A program made the position numbers and the translations under genes. This document shows positions 27,904 to 40,175 of a DNA stretch of 64,000 bases, one piece after another (position 1 is the first letter of the stretch; each line of letters opens with the position of its first letter). The notes under the pieces were generated by a model. The model saw only the letters and a list, made by a program, of their open reading frames with translations. It ran no database searches and was not told the origin of the DNA. This DNA comes from Zootoca vivipara (Eukaryota). The stretch spans positions 50,344,001 through 50,408,000 of the forward strand of contig NC_083276.1 of assembly GCF_963506605.1 (NCBI RefSeq), in the 5' to 3' direction.

Positions 27904-28068
27904 CAGTCATACCTCGGTTTAAGTATGCCTCGGTTGAGTATTTTCAGTTTAAGTACTCCGCAAACCTGTCTGGACCGGATTAATCCACTTTCCATTACTT
28001 TCAATGGGAAAGTTCGCTTCAGGTTAAGTACGGACTTCCGGAACCAATTACACTCTAAGGTACTACTG
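27904..28068. mobile_element. Tc1/mariner (Tigger-like) MITE, damaged right end
   Basis: TA|cagtcatacctcggtttaagta; body shared with the 17276 copy (ttccattactttcaatgggaaagttcgcttc). Confidence 0.8.
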
Positions 28069-28324
28069 GAAAATTTTATTTATTTATTTCGTCTGCGTCA
28101 GACCAACACAGCTGCCTACCTGAATTAGGAGACCAGTGTGCCCAGGAGCTGGATTTGAGACTTTGAACTTGGTGTTGAGCATTACAGACGGAACAGGGAT
28201 TCTGTTGGTTTCCCTCTTCCCAGTAAGCTCTCTGACTTGAGAGTGAGAGTGGTCTGTTGTGTGGCCTTGGAGAACTCCAGGACAATGGTTCTGGGGGACT
28301 CTTAACATTCATGCTGGGCTTGCC

Positions 28325-28349
28325 TAATAATAATAATAATAATAATAAT
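28325..28349. repeat. (TAA)n microsatellite
   Basis: direct reading. Confidence 0.9.
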
Positions 28350-29348
28350 AGCAGCAACAACAACAAATAATTACCAATATATTTATTGTTAAGTAAAAGA
28401 ACTTTGTCTGGCTTGTGCTTAAGTCTGAAATATTAAAGTGCTTTTGTTTTTGTTGTTACACATACTGGTCTTGTAGACTCCATAAAGACTTATCAGATGT
28501 GGACAGTTGGTGTTGATGGTATGAAAGCACAGGGGAACTCTCATGTAGAAGGTTAATGGAGTGTAATTATAAAGAAAAATGGACTGTTTGCCCACTCTGT
28601 CTCACTATACCTGCTCTGAGAGTGACAAGTACTTGATCTTGTGTAAACCCTGGAGCAGAGGTTCGACTGTCTAAAATTACGACAGTGTAGCTGTCAGACG
28701 ACCACACTATGAGATATGTGTGAACTTGATAGGAAAGTTTTCATTCCATTTTGTAGGGCCTCCTTTTACAAAAGGCATTCTTAGAAAGCTCCTGTAAAAT
28801 ACAGCAGTTCTTCTAATTTCTTCTCATTCTCTCCCCTCCCCTCCCAAAAAGGTTCTGCTTATCCCATATTATACTCGTTTCTTTTACACTGTAAAAGTTT
28901 GTGATAGTGTGTACCTAGTCAGTCATTCTCATATTTAAAAAAATCATTTTTGAATTTGGGATTCCTTGAACTGTACTAGAAGGTTGAGGAATCATTGGGG
29001 TGTGTATTCACTCCTCTAGAACACTGCCAGTATTTTTTTTTTAACTCTGTACGTTTCTTTTATTCTTATTCTTTCATTCTTATAACTATTCTAGAATTTT
29101 ATCTCTCCAACTATTTAGCCTTCAATTATTTGTTAGTCCTTATACCGATAGCTTTCCTTAACCTGAATTCACCTTACCCAAATTAGTTTTTAGCAGAATG
29201 TCATGTTTTAGTCATATATCTGGCAACATTTTTCCACCCTAAAACAAACAGCCAAATCATTTCAGCCTGCTGATAAGATAGGTTCTTTCTGCCTGTGACT
29301 TTTTTTTTTAAAAAAAGTTTTACTTCAGCGTTCTCAAACACAGATGAA

Positions 29349-29554
29349 CAGTGGCAGAGCGTTCCCTGCTGGAGCCCAGGGCTGGCGGCATGGCACACCA
29401 TGGGGGCGGGTGGGGCCATGGGCAAAAGCAGCGCTGGGCGGCACTGAGAATGACACAGCAGCTCACGATGGGGCAGGGCACCTTGATGCCCCCCCCCCAA
29501 AAAACCTGTGCTTGGGGCAATGGCCTCCCTCAATCCTCCCACGCTACACCCCTG
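29349..29554. mobile_element. GC-rich hAT-like MITE
   Basis: termini cagtggcagagcgt / acgctacacccctg, TSD cagatgaa / cagatgac. Confidence 0.65.
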
Positions 29555-30180
29555 CAGATGACCATAACTGGACAGAGTATTTCAGAAGATACCTTATTAG
29601 ATCATGTTTGGGTGATGGTTTTAATTTTTGTCCAACTTCCTGGAGGTGCTCTCTGTAGTAGAACAAATTGGTTGGAGTTTTGGGTAATCAGTATGTGAGT
29701 CAGAAAGAGACTATGTGTACAAGTTTTGGCCACTCTTGAAATTGAGATTTCAAGTGACCATGACTGCCAACCAATTTGTTTTGCTAAGTCTATTCTAAAC
29801 ATTCTGTGGTGATAAGTATTATTGCCATCTCATCAGCTAAATAGCATAATGTTAAATAGCCAGATCAATTTCTTCTCAAGAAAATAAACATGTGGGGCTG
29901 ATTTCAAGAGATTTTGTGTGGAATTTACCCAGTATTTGTTTCCTGTTTGCACTAGGAGTTAATAATTGCAATGCTACTTAGTTCTTTGCGGGCCCAGGCA
30001 TGGTGAGCCCAGGTTCACCGGGGACTGGTGGTGTGAGAGTACCAAAAAGGACATGACAACAGCTTGGGATTAAAAATGGCCTCAACTTTATTGATTACAG
30101 TAGGCTTTGGCTTAGACATTGGGTATGTATCCTGAATCGGTCGATCCTAATTGCTGACTGATTGCCTCATTAGGGTTGAT

Positions 30181-30316
30181 CAGGCATCCCCAAACTGCGG
30201 CCCTCCAGATGTTTTGGCCTACAACTCCCATGATCCCTAGCTAACAGGACCAGTGGTCAGGGATGATGGGAATTGTAGTCCAAAACATCTGGAGGGCCAA
30301 AGTTTGGGGATGCCTG
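30181..30316. mobile_element. 136-bp hAT MITE
   Basis: same TIR, TSD gggttgat. Confidence 0.92.
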
Positions 30317-33300
30317 GGGTTGATCCTGTGTTAAAGCCCCCCGCTCCTATGACACAGATCAAATAGGGTAGACCCACCTGGCCACCACTGGGGAAATTTT
30401 ATGGCCTGTTAGCTCCCGTCTGGGCTTTCAAACAATTCCCCCCCCCATGAGCCCATATACCAGGATACCCTCAGGTCCATCTCCCAAACCACACCCACCA
30501 GACTGACTGCGATTGGCAGATTTGAAATTTAATTTTTGGTGGGATGTCCCAGACGCCCCCACGACCAGCCGAGGCTGTAAGTGTTGCTGCCGGTTGTGCA
30601 GGAGAGAACCCCCATATGCCCAAGTAATGTTTATTTGAAATGTGGGCTTTCTGAGCCCACAGTGCTTTCACAAAGTGAAGAAATGAATAACTGGCTTGTG
30701 GAGTGCCTATAAATAGATAAACCTGGTATTTGGGCAGTTCAGGTAGGGTTGGAACATTAGGCCAGCCTTCCACAACTTGGTGCCCTCTAAATGTGTTGAA
30801 CTACAATTGCCATCATCTCTGACCATGGGCAAGGCTGGCTGCGGTTTATGGGATATGGAGTCCAACAACATCTGGAGGGGCAGCAGGCTGGGGAAGGTTA
30901 TATTTCTGTGTCTTCAGTTGTGTTTGCCAAGGGACAGTTGCTGCTCACCATTAGCAGTCAGGTATGTTTCATATTTATACTGTAGTATTTTGCAGTTAGC
31001 ATCATGACTTTTGTACACAAAGGAAAAATTAAATGATGCACTTAACTATACTGTTTTTTGCTTACAGGGTGTTTCAAAAGAGTTGCCTGGACTTTAGATA
31101 TTTAAAATATGTAGACTTTAGAAAAGTGTGTGTGCAATTATGCATAGACCAGGAGCTGTTGATTTTGATCTTGAATCTCCTGTACATTTAACAGCACAAA
31201 GTGTGTTCACAAAGCAGATACAGTCCTGGCAGCTTTATCTTCAAGAATGTTATTGAACAAAATGTACTTTTAGCTTGATTTAAGGTAGCTTTGTCAATGA
31301 AACGAAGCAAGTGACATATGTCCGAGGACATGAGGTTTTCTAATATTCATGTAGTTAGGAAACAGGTGTGGTAAAAATGAAGCAGAAGAATGTGCAAGCA
31401 GTACAATGTATGTGGAGAAAATGAACATAATGATTATTACTGATTCAAGGAGCATGGTCAGTCACAAGGCCCCCAAAATGCATAACCAATTTGTGCCAAC
31501 AAAATATCCTTCAGAAGTGTATAATATCATATGTTTTAATAAAAGTTGCTTAATTGTGTTACTTGTCCATAATTGCACTCCACTCCCTAGCCTGGTCTCA
31601 TGTCACAGGTGGTCTGGACTTTGACCTTACTATGGATGCCATTGGCTTAGCTGCTTTGATGGCACAATGGCAATTGAAGATGGATAGTGGTGTTGGGCTC
31701 TGATGTAATGATGGCCATAGTGCATGACAGTAGCAGCTGGTGCCTCCACACAGCAGAGTACTACAGGTACACCAGTCATAACAAGCCAACATGGCACAAT
31801 GGGTCAATGGAAAAGGTCCGATGCATCAAAGAGCGGAGCCCACATAAAATGTTAAGCTCATTTCAGGTGTGCTGTTATTCTGTGTGTTCATAAGTTCTCA
31901 GCCGGCAAGCAATGCGACCTGTATGTGGTATCACAGGTCAACACAAAGTAGACTGCAACTGTGGCACTATCAGAAGCATGAAGTAACCTAAGCACAGTGC
32001 AGGCATCTCAAGAAAGGGAGTTAAGTTACATATGATATGCATTGTGTGGTGGAGGAAATAAATAGATTGAATAATATTTTCCTCGAAAGCATTTCCCCAT
32101 GTTATACAAAGATCAAACCCATGAGAAAGCAGACCACACAACCTTCTCTCATTTATACAGACAGAAGGGATTGCACAGCCATTCTTGCTCCTTCTGTCTC
32201 TTTCTCTGAGTATCAGGTACCCTGTTTTTAAGCTTTGAAGGGTATTTGGCTGGCTACCAGTACATGTTTGCTTATAAAATACATACCACTTCATATTAGT
32301 GTTTAGTTTTGCAATTCTAAAACATAAACCGCAGGTAGTCCCTTTAAGCCACTGGCCACCAGTGTAGTGGGGTGTGGCCTGATCCAAGGTAGGCCCCCAA
32401 ATGCATGTTTGGGTTAAAAGTGAGTCCTGGGTCTGAAAAGGCTGGAGATGCCTGCTTTAAACAAAGGGCCAAGGAACTGTCTTGTAATAAATTAGGGGAG
32501 GGGACAAAAAGTTAGGCAAGTCTTTAGTTCTGTAAAACTAATGAAAGTTTTCAGGTGTTTCATTCCTATTTTCCTCCACAGCTTTCCTGGGCTTTGTTTC
32601 AGGGCCTGGGGGAGGAAGAGTTGTGAATGTGATATGACTCACTTGACTCCTACTCAACCAAATTCCTGTTCTGATTGGTTCTCACTTATGATTGCAGCTT
32701 GGCGCATGAGTTATGTGAGCTTAGCTTCCCCTTCTTTCCCTGCTGTTTTTGTTTTGTGATAAAGGACACAGAGCAAATGAATGCTAGCTCTCTGCTGCTG
32801 GCTTCCTTGAACTATGAAACTGGTAGAAAATCACCCTTATCCCCGAACTTCATAAATATAGCTATAGAAAATAAAAAGAGGCTGTCTGATCTTGTTCGAC
32901 ACAGTAATGTAGTCTCCGTGATGTTAATAGGTGGAGGAGTCATTGTTTGGCGGGTGTAACTGGTTTCTGTTCTATTACTTCCTCTACATTTCTCTGCTTT
33001 CTGGAAATGTTCCTTTTGTTCCTGTCTCTGCTTGCTGACAAAGCATTTTAAATAGCTTGATAACAGACTTGATGTTTCAGAAAGCAACCTTAAATGACTG
33101 ATCAATGGTTGAATGCACATATAAACTCAGATATGGAGCAGATCTCTTTGCTTGATGTCAGCTGCCTATATTTCATTTTCATGTGTAGGTTTTCAGGTAA
33201 AATAGTCTAATAAATTCAGATACAGTAGTGCAACATGGTTCGATAAACTACAAACCAGTCTTTTAAATAGCCACTTGCTTGGTTGCCTGATAAGAATCAC

Positions 33301-34863
33301 ATATAGGTAGCCAGACAAGGCATTGACACCCGCCTGTCTTGGGCGACAATGGAGGAGTGCGCCTTTTGCGGGCGAAGACCAACTGTTGGGAGGTTGCAGC
33401 ACCTAAGAATCGTCTATAGGTAGCCAGGCAAGGAAAATAACATACAGTACGTATTTTCTGGCCACCACTGAGCCACAAATGGTCAGCATAGGTAAATGTG
33501 GGTTGGTGGGGTGCTAAAGTTAGCTAGTGACTGAATTTCCTTATTTGCAAGTCTGAGATAAGCAGTCATTTCAGAGGACCCAAGTGCCTAGAAATGTCAC
33601 CTAGACAGGTCAGGAGCCATAGAGTTCTAGAATGACAGAAGTCTGGATTATACACCACTGTAAAGTGGTGGGGGTGGGGTGGGGTGGGGTGGGGTGGAGA
33701 ACTTGATAAAAGAATGTCTGAATGGATTGAGTAGGCAATGGCTGAGCAGTTTTAAGAGTTGGCCAATGACCACCAAAGGGGGTGGGGGAGGAGAAATCCA
33801 AAGAACCTGAAATAGATTCTGCTGTAGCTGAAAAGGTACGGAGTTAAAATTTGTAGGGAATTGGGTACTCTTAAGAGTTCAGGGTTATTGCTGTATGAAA
33901 CACTGAACTACTTTTAAGACAAGAGTGTGGAAACTTTTTTTTTTTGCTTGAGGGTGCTCCATTCTCTTCCATATAATCTTTCAGGGACCTCATGCCAGCA
34001 GTGGGTGGGGATGAAGCCAAATGTGGGTAGGACACACTCACTCCTTTCTCTGCCCTATCTCTCATTTCCCCCTCCTTACCGCCTGCATGAAATTAGCCTG
34101 ATAGGTTTGTGCAGGATTGAAAACCGGGCAGGTTGTTTGAACTGTGAATGTCCTGGCTGCACCACAGATTCTAGGATGAACTGTGTAGGAACAATAGTGC
34201 ATGGGGGAGGGGGTTTCAATTTAAGTGCATGTAACTTCTGGTTTGAGGGCTGTATTATTATTGCTTATCATATTTGATGGTTTCTGCTTCTGCATTCAGC
34301 CATTTGGGGAAAAATGAGTTCTCTAATTGATGTGTGCAGTGTTTAGTTTTTTTAAAAGATTTTTTAAAGTTGCCAATATTTGTTAATCCATCTTGATATG
34401 CCTTCTGTAAGTGGGGGCAAAGTATTTGGTAGCACTTTGGCTTAATGAGCCAGTATATTTTTTTCATTTATTTCCTTGATCCGAAACATGACCATACTTT
34501 TAGGATCCCTCTTGAATACTCTGAATGAACTGAGGAGTTCATTAAGTAGTACCCAGTAGGTTGAGAGAGCTCAGTGATCCTACAGATATGTGTAGCTGTG
34601 GTGCCATAATTAATTGCTAAATGACATCTTGTTTGAAGGACATGTCTATTCTGCCACTGCTGCCTGTCAGTTACACTCTCATTGTAACAGCTACTGTATC
34701 ACACATAAGGGACAGTGCCGACGCAGTTGGCTTGGGCCACCTAGATTAATCCTTTGAAAGTCAGACAGTAAATGGATTTATAAACTATAAATTATAAACA
34801 AGTGTATATAGTGTTTGGCGAGTTAAATAATGCCTTGTATTTTTGTGTCTGTTTTCATGATAG

Positions 34864-35037
34864 AAAAGAGTGGTTGAACAGTTGCGGAAGAATTTGATGG
34901 TAAAGCAGGAACAGCCGGACAGTAAGTTTCAAATACAACCATTGGCACAGTCAGAAAATAAAATACAAACTCCACAGCCACTACAGCTACAGCAGCAGCA
35001 AACTACTGCAGCCTCTGCAAACCTGCTTGGATCACAG
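34864..35037 (+). CDS. PHF21A: PHF21A coding exon ([17 protein letters not shown]...NLLGSQ), 174 nt, phase 0-0
   Basis: tgatag|AAA acceptor, CAG|gtaaag donor; translation matches recalled vertebrate PHF21A N-terminal coiled-coil/Q-rich region. Confidence 0.96.
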
Positions 35038-35147
35038 GTAAAGTGGTTAAAGGTGTTACATTAATTTTCAAAATGTATTCCTGTATAAATGTATCACTGT
35101 ATAAAGAAGAGAACATAAAATCAGAGTTAACCTATCATAATCCAGTG

Positions 35148-35855
35148 CAGTGGTTCCCAACAGGTGGTCCGCGAGCTATGCCAGAGGGGTCCGCAAGATG
35201 CTATTAGAATAAAAATATATATTAAATATATTTCGTATGATAACAGATTTTTTGTTTTGGCCGCTTCCTGCATGAGCAGAGTCTAGCGCAAAACTAGAAT
35301 TAGATAGAGGCAGTAGTTCTGCTGTATGCCGTTAGGTGGCGCTTTACAAACACTACTGTTTTGCAAAGAGGCAGCGCACGCATTCTACTAACGCTCACCT
35401 CCCCAAGATGCTTTGCGCGTGTCGGCTTCATTTGTGCGCTACTGCGCAGGTACCCTGTCTTCTCCATTCCCCTCCCTCCTCCCTGGCGCACGCTGCCTCT
35501 TTGCAAAACAGAAGTGTTTGTAAACAAAGCGTTGTTTTTCGCAGAAGCTACAGTTCGCATAGTTAAAAATGGACCGTTGGTTAAAAAGTGGTTCGTTAAA
35601 ACGACAATGGCCTACAGATGAAGAGGAAGATAATGCATTTGATGTTCAAGCAAGTAAGTCAGTGACTCCCGAACCGATCTTGTCAGTGTCCATTGAACCT
35701 AAATCGTAACTGTAAAAAACGTATAAATATAAAATATAAAAAGACTCTTAATTTGGCTCTCACTTTTTAATTTTAGGATTAGGAATTAATGGGGGTCCTT
35801 GTCACAATAGCGGCTCGATGAGGGGTCCTCGAGAAAATTTTGTTGGGAACCCCTG
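35148..35855 (+). mobile_element. non-autonomous hAT (Charlie/Buster-like) transposon, copy 2
   Basis: same TIRs, 8-bp TSD atccagtg; near-identical to copy 1 apart from an 18-bp and a 78-bp indel. Confidence 0.93.
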
Positions 35856-35960
35856 ATCCAGTGCACACTTGCTAGAAAGTAAGTCATATTGAATTCAGTA
35901 AGACTCAATTCTGAATCAACATGTGTAGGATTGTGCTACAAAGCTATCAGTAGCATTTAA

Positions 35961-36166
35961 AACAAAATAAAAAATTCCTTCTAGTTGCACCTTAGAGACC
36001 AACTAAGTTTGTCATTGGTATGAGCTTTCGTGTGCATGTACACTTCTTCATGCACACAAAAGCTCATACCAATGACAAACTTAGTTGGTCTCTATGGTGC
36101 TACTGGAAGGATTTTGTTTATTTTGTTTCGACTACGTCAGACCAACACGGCTACCTACCTGTAACT
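35961..36166 (+). mobile_element. palindromic Penelope-like insert, copy B
   Basis: same arms and tail; 12-bp TSD agtagcatttaa (35949-35960 / 36167-36178). Confidence 0.85.
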
Positions 36167-37673
36167 AGTAGCATTTAAGTGAAACAAGAGCACTTTATGA
36201 TCTTGAGTCTAAGCATGGATCACTCCCCGCTTCCCCAGAAAGCTGTCAATTGCTGGATTTTGAAGTAACAGTATTATATGAATCTTGCATGCTTTAGTTT
36301 TTTTAATGTTTATTTAGGACCCTCATGATGAACTGATGTGCAACACTGCACATCAGGTTAACCAGGTTGTCTTTAACAGTTAAGGCACAGCTAATCTGTG
36401 TTAAGTGCTTTGAGTATACACTCTTGCTTTAAGAACTGGATCAGAATACAGTGCACCTAGTCCAGCATTTCCTGCAAGGATAGGTGTCCTTCATTGAAAA
36501 ATAATCTGGAATTGTCTTGAGTTTTCTCTTTTTGTGGAAATGATTGCCTTCAGTAGTTAACTAGGGAACTACAAGTGTCCAGAGATCTTGGTTCAGTATG
36601 TTTTAGCAACATGAAACAGAATATCAGAAATAATAATATAAAACCAATCAGGCTATAAACAAAGAAATACATAGAAAGGATCCACATAAACTGCCCCCCA
36701 CTGTCTTCTCCCCACAAATACAATAACAGAGATTAATGTAGTTGCTTCTATAATTGCTGAGGGCATTTGCTGAAATTTCAGTAAGTACTGTGTTATTTGT
36801 GTGTAGACATTTGACAGTCTAGCTTCTGATATATGGCTTATAATGAGGCAGAAGAGAGTAAACTCTCATCTCAACAGGGAACAACTATTCCTCTTTCTGT
36901 TCTCAGCTTGATAGAGACTATACTCTAGAGACTGGGAGATCTTGGGGGAAAATAAGGTATTTAGAAAGGTTCTAAGAAACAGAAATGGTGTTGGTTTGAT
37001 ACTCTCTCTTTTGAGAGCCACTTGACTGCCTCCTCCCTACAACTTCGGCCAGGGAGTGCCCCGAGTTTGGAGAAAGGTAAGCTTAGATGTTTTCTATTGC
37101 TCCTTCTCACTAGCTTCTAGAGTACTGGAAGTGCTTAAAGGAAAATTGCTGTTCTTTTAAGCAGCATTGGGGCAGCCAAGAATGTGAGCCTTTTCCTTGT
37201 GAGCAGTTATTTGCTCCCGCTGGCTCTTTGAGACCCTGTGGGCAGAACTAACACAATGGCTGGCTGTTACTGAAAATGGTGGCCCCTTGTTAAAAAAAAA
37301 AACCCTCTTCCATCAGTAACATGCCATGACACTATGTTTCCCTATCAGCAGCAAAATATATGGAGCAGAAGCAAGGAAGTGCACAGGGTGATGGCATCTG
37401 GACACATGCACAAGATGTTACAAATGAGGAGCTTGACATGAGGCATTTGTTTTTTGGCATTTATTTCATTTAGTTCTATTCTTGGAAACTTCATCTGGGG
37501 AGCAACAGCTCAGTGGCAGTGATGCTTTACATTCACAAGCTCCCAGAGTCAACCTGTGGCATTTCCAAGTTAGGGTTAGGAAAGACTTCTGCCTGAAATC
37601 TCTAGCATCTCCAAGTTAGGATCAGGAGAGACTACTAACTGGATTGCTTGAAAAAATCACTGCTAGTTAGTGC

Positions 37674-37763
37674 CATAGCTGCCAAGTTATCCCTTTTTTT
37701 AAGGGAAATTCCCTTATGCTGAATAGGGTTCCTCGTGAGAAAAGGGAAAACTTGGCAGTTATG
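37674..37763. mobile_element. 90-bp hAT MITE (CATAGCTGCCAAGT TIR family)
   Basis: TIR catagctgccaagtt / aacttggcagttatg, TSD gttagtgc. Confidence 0.88.
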
Positions 37764-39920
37764 GTTAGTGCAAGTGCTAAGCTAAGTGCGCTAGTGGTCT
37801 GACTTCATGTAAGGCAGTGTTGGCCCTTTTGGACGGCAGCGTATCAGGGCATCATTGCTATTAATATATACAATTTTATCTCATTTTTCAACTGAAGAAA
37901 GGGTCCCAAAAAGGCTTACAGAGATCAATCTTTGCCCTCGGGCTTACAACCTAAACTAAGTGACACTAAAGAGAATGGGAATTGGTGGGAAGGCGAAGCA
38001 GAAAGCCAACTCAGTCATTAGTATGTTGTTACAAAGTTCTTATAACAACCAACTGGAATGGAAATAGTTCAAGGGCAGCAAGCAAGCAAAAATTGCTGCC
38101 CCTCCTTTCCTTCTCCCCCTTGGTTTCATTCAGCATAATGGAATTGGCATTGCTAGATCATAGCTGGAGAGAGAGAAAGCCGTCAATTCATGTCTATACA
38201 GAGAATTGCAGAACAGTTGGTGGAATACTTACTCTTTCATTCGCAAGGCTTTGCTTTGTATGGGAATTATTCACCTGGAAGTTGATATATATTACTGAAT
38301 AGGACCACTTCAGATATTGCTCAGAATTGTCGGACTCTCATCTGACTTTTCCACTCGATGTGCTTTTAAAGTAACTGAAGCAAAATAATGTTTAAAATGT
38401 GAGAGAGCAAAGTATGCATTAACAAGTATATCTTTCAGGTAGATTGTGAGTCATTTTTAAATTATTGGTGTCTGCTTTTATCTAGAGTTTTGACTGTAAA
38501 GGGACACTCATGTTCTTCTCTGTATTCTGTGCTGTGCACTTTGAGATTAACTTCCAGGTCATTTCTGCATTTGTACAAAGTTATGTTCAATGCTAAAGAG
38601 CCCTCTAGCGACACTGTATTGAAATTGCTTCTACTCTTTCCTTGCCAGTGTCCAATTAGGGTGTTTCTTAGAAAGCACTGAATCTGCAACCCATTCCTTT
38701 AATGTGTATAGAGAAAACCAAGTTATAACTTACGTTACACACACATGCATCTCTGAATTGTCTACTCAGAAATCTGCAACGCTTTCCAAATTAGTCTTCT
38801 TTAAAACTAGCTAAATATGTGCTTTCTCATTTGAAATAATTATAAACAAAGCATTTTCCACATTGTGCAACAACCACAATAAGCTCTTCAATAAGGGATT
38901 TTAGCAGACCTGATTATTTTTAGTTGTGGAATGTGTTGTGTAAATCATAAGAACTAGTGAAAACACTGTCAAAATAGTGATGCTAAAATGTAGTTGTGAC
39001 GTGCTTTTACTGATTATGCTGAAAGCCTCTTATTTTAGCCTTGATACTTTTGTGATTTAAAAATAGATATATCACAGGAAATTGAAGGTGTTTCAACAAT
39101 ATAAAATTACATAAAATACCAATTCAATTAAATCTGATAATGAAAAAGGAACATTAGAGCAACAGCAAAAACAATAAAAAACTCAATTCAATATCAAATA
39201 CTTGGAAAATTCTGCTAAGTACACATTGCATCTACTTTGTACCTCAGTGTTCCTGGTTCCATGTTTGCTGAGTGCAAGCACACACACACACACTGCTGAT
39301 CCTCCCCAGTACATTGTGCCCACTATTACAACTGTTGGTGGCCAAGGTTCTCAGACTCCTGTCTGCTACTGAACAGTTAGTTCAGTGCTCTGTCAAGGAC
39401 ATTTCTAGGCAAATTCTCCTAAATTCCCTAGCAACCAAATGTCCATCTTGCCTGGATTCAGTATTCGCCTGTTAACTCTCATCCATTTGACCACAGCCTA
39501 CAAACACTGGTTCAAAACAAATCCATTTGACACTGCCTATAGCATCGTATAGATACACTAATATTTGGGGGACATGGAATTGACAAGAGACATGGGGACA
39601 TTATGTGCACCAAAGCATGTACTATCAAGACTTGATTGATTTCACACACAGTTCACCAATGGATTAAGCAAGCCTTGGCATGGTGTTTCCTATGTGGTTG
39701 CACGTCTATATGTGGAAGGTTTATTGAAAGTATTTGTAAAGGAGTGGGCTGATTCCACACAGCTTTGACAGGTAAGAAATCAGTGTTTAAAATCTTCCCA
39801 GTTGCATTTTCCTTGCATTTCAGCTTCTGCTTTCTCACTTGTGAATTTCTAGAGCAAACTCTGTCCAGTTTGCGATGAATAGGTTCCAAAGTGTTTTTGT
39901 TTTTGTTTTTATTCTCTTAG

Positions 39921-40175
39921 AAGACGGTAACTACAGCTTCTATGATCACCACTAAGACACTACCTCTTGTCCTGAAAGCAGCAACAGCAACCATGCCTGC
40001 CTCTGTTGTGGGTCCAAGACCTACAATTGCCATGGTGACTGCCATCAATAGCAACCAGAAAACTGTCCTTAGCACTGATGCACAGAACACGCCAGTCAAC
40101 CTCCAGACAACAAATAAAGTCACTGGTCCAGGAACAGAGGCAGTTCAAATAGTGGCAAAAAATACAGTCACATTG
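39921..40175 (+). CDS. PHF21A: PHF21A coding exon ([19 protein letters not shown]...KNTVTL), 255 nt
   Basis: polypyrimidine tract + tag acceptor, TTG|gtaagc donor; overlaps ORF 39942..40205. Confidence 0.97.

Larger units (their letters stand above)
1..34863 (+). other. PHF21A: distal part of a long PHF21A intron (>34.8 kb)
   Basis: no upstream PHF21A coding exon (NADLKKQLHELQ...) found; repeat-rich non-coding sequence. Confidence 0.8.

Noticed and set aside
29987-30600. Possible minus-strand LTR-like element around the MITE at 30181
   Set aside because: GC-rich with a reverse AATAAA, but no matching terminus or TSD could be fixed
36018-36052. Hammerhead in Penelope copy B (and in copy D near 57069)
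   Set aside because: CUGA of the core is destroyed by the inversion junction
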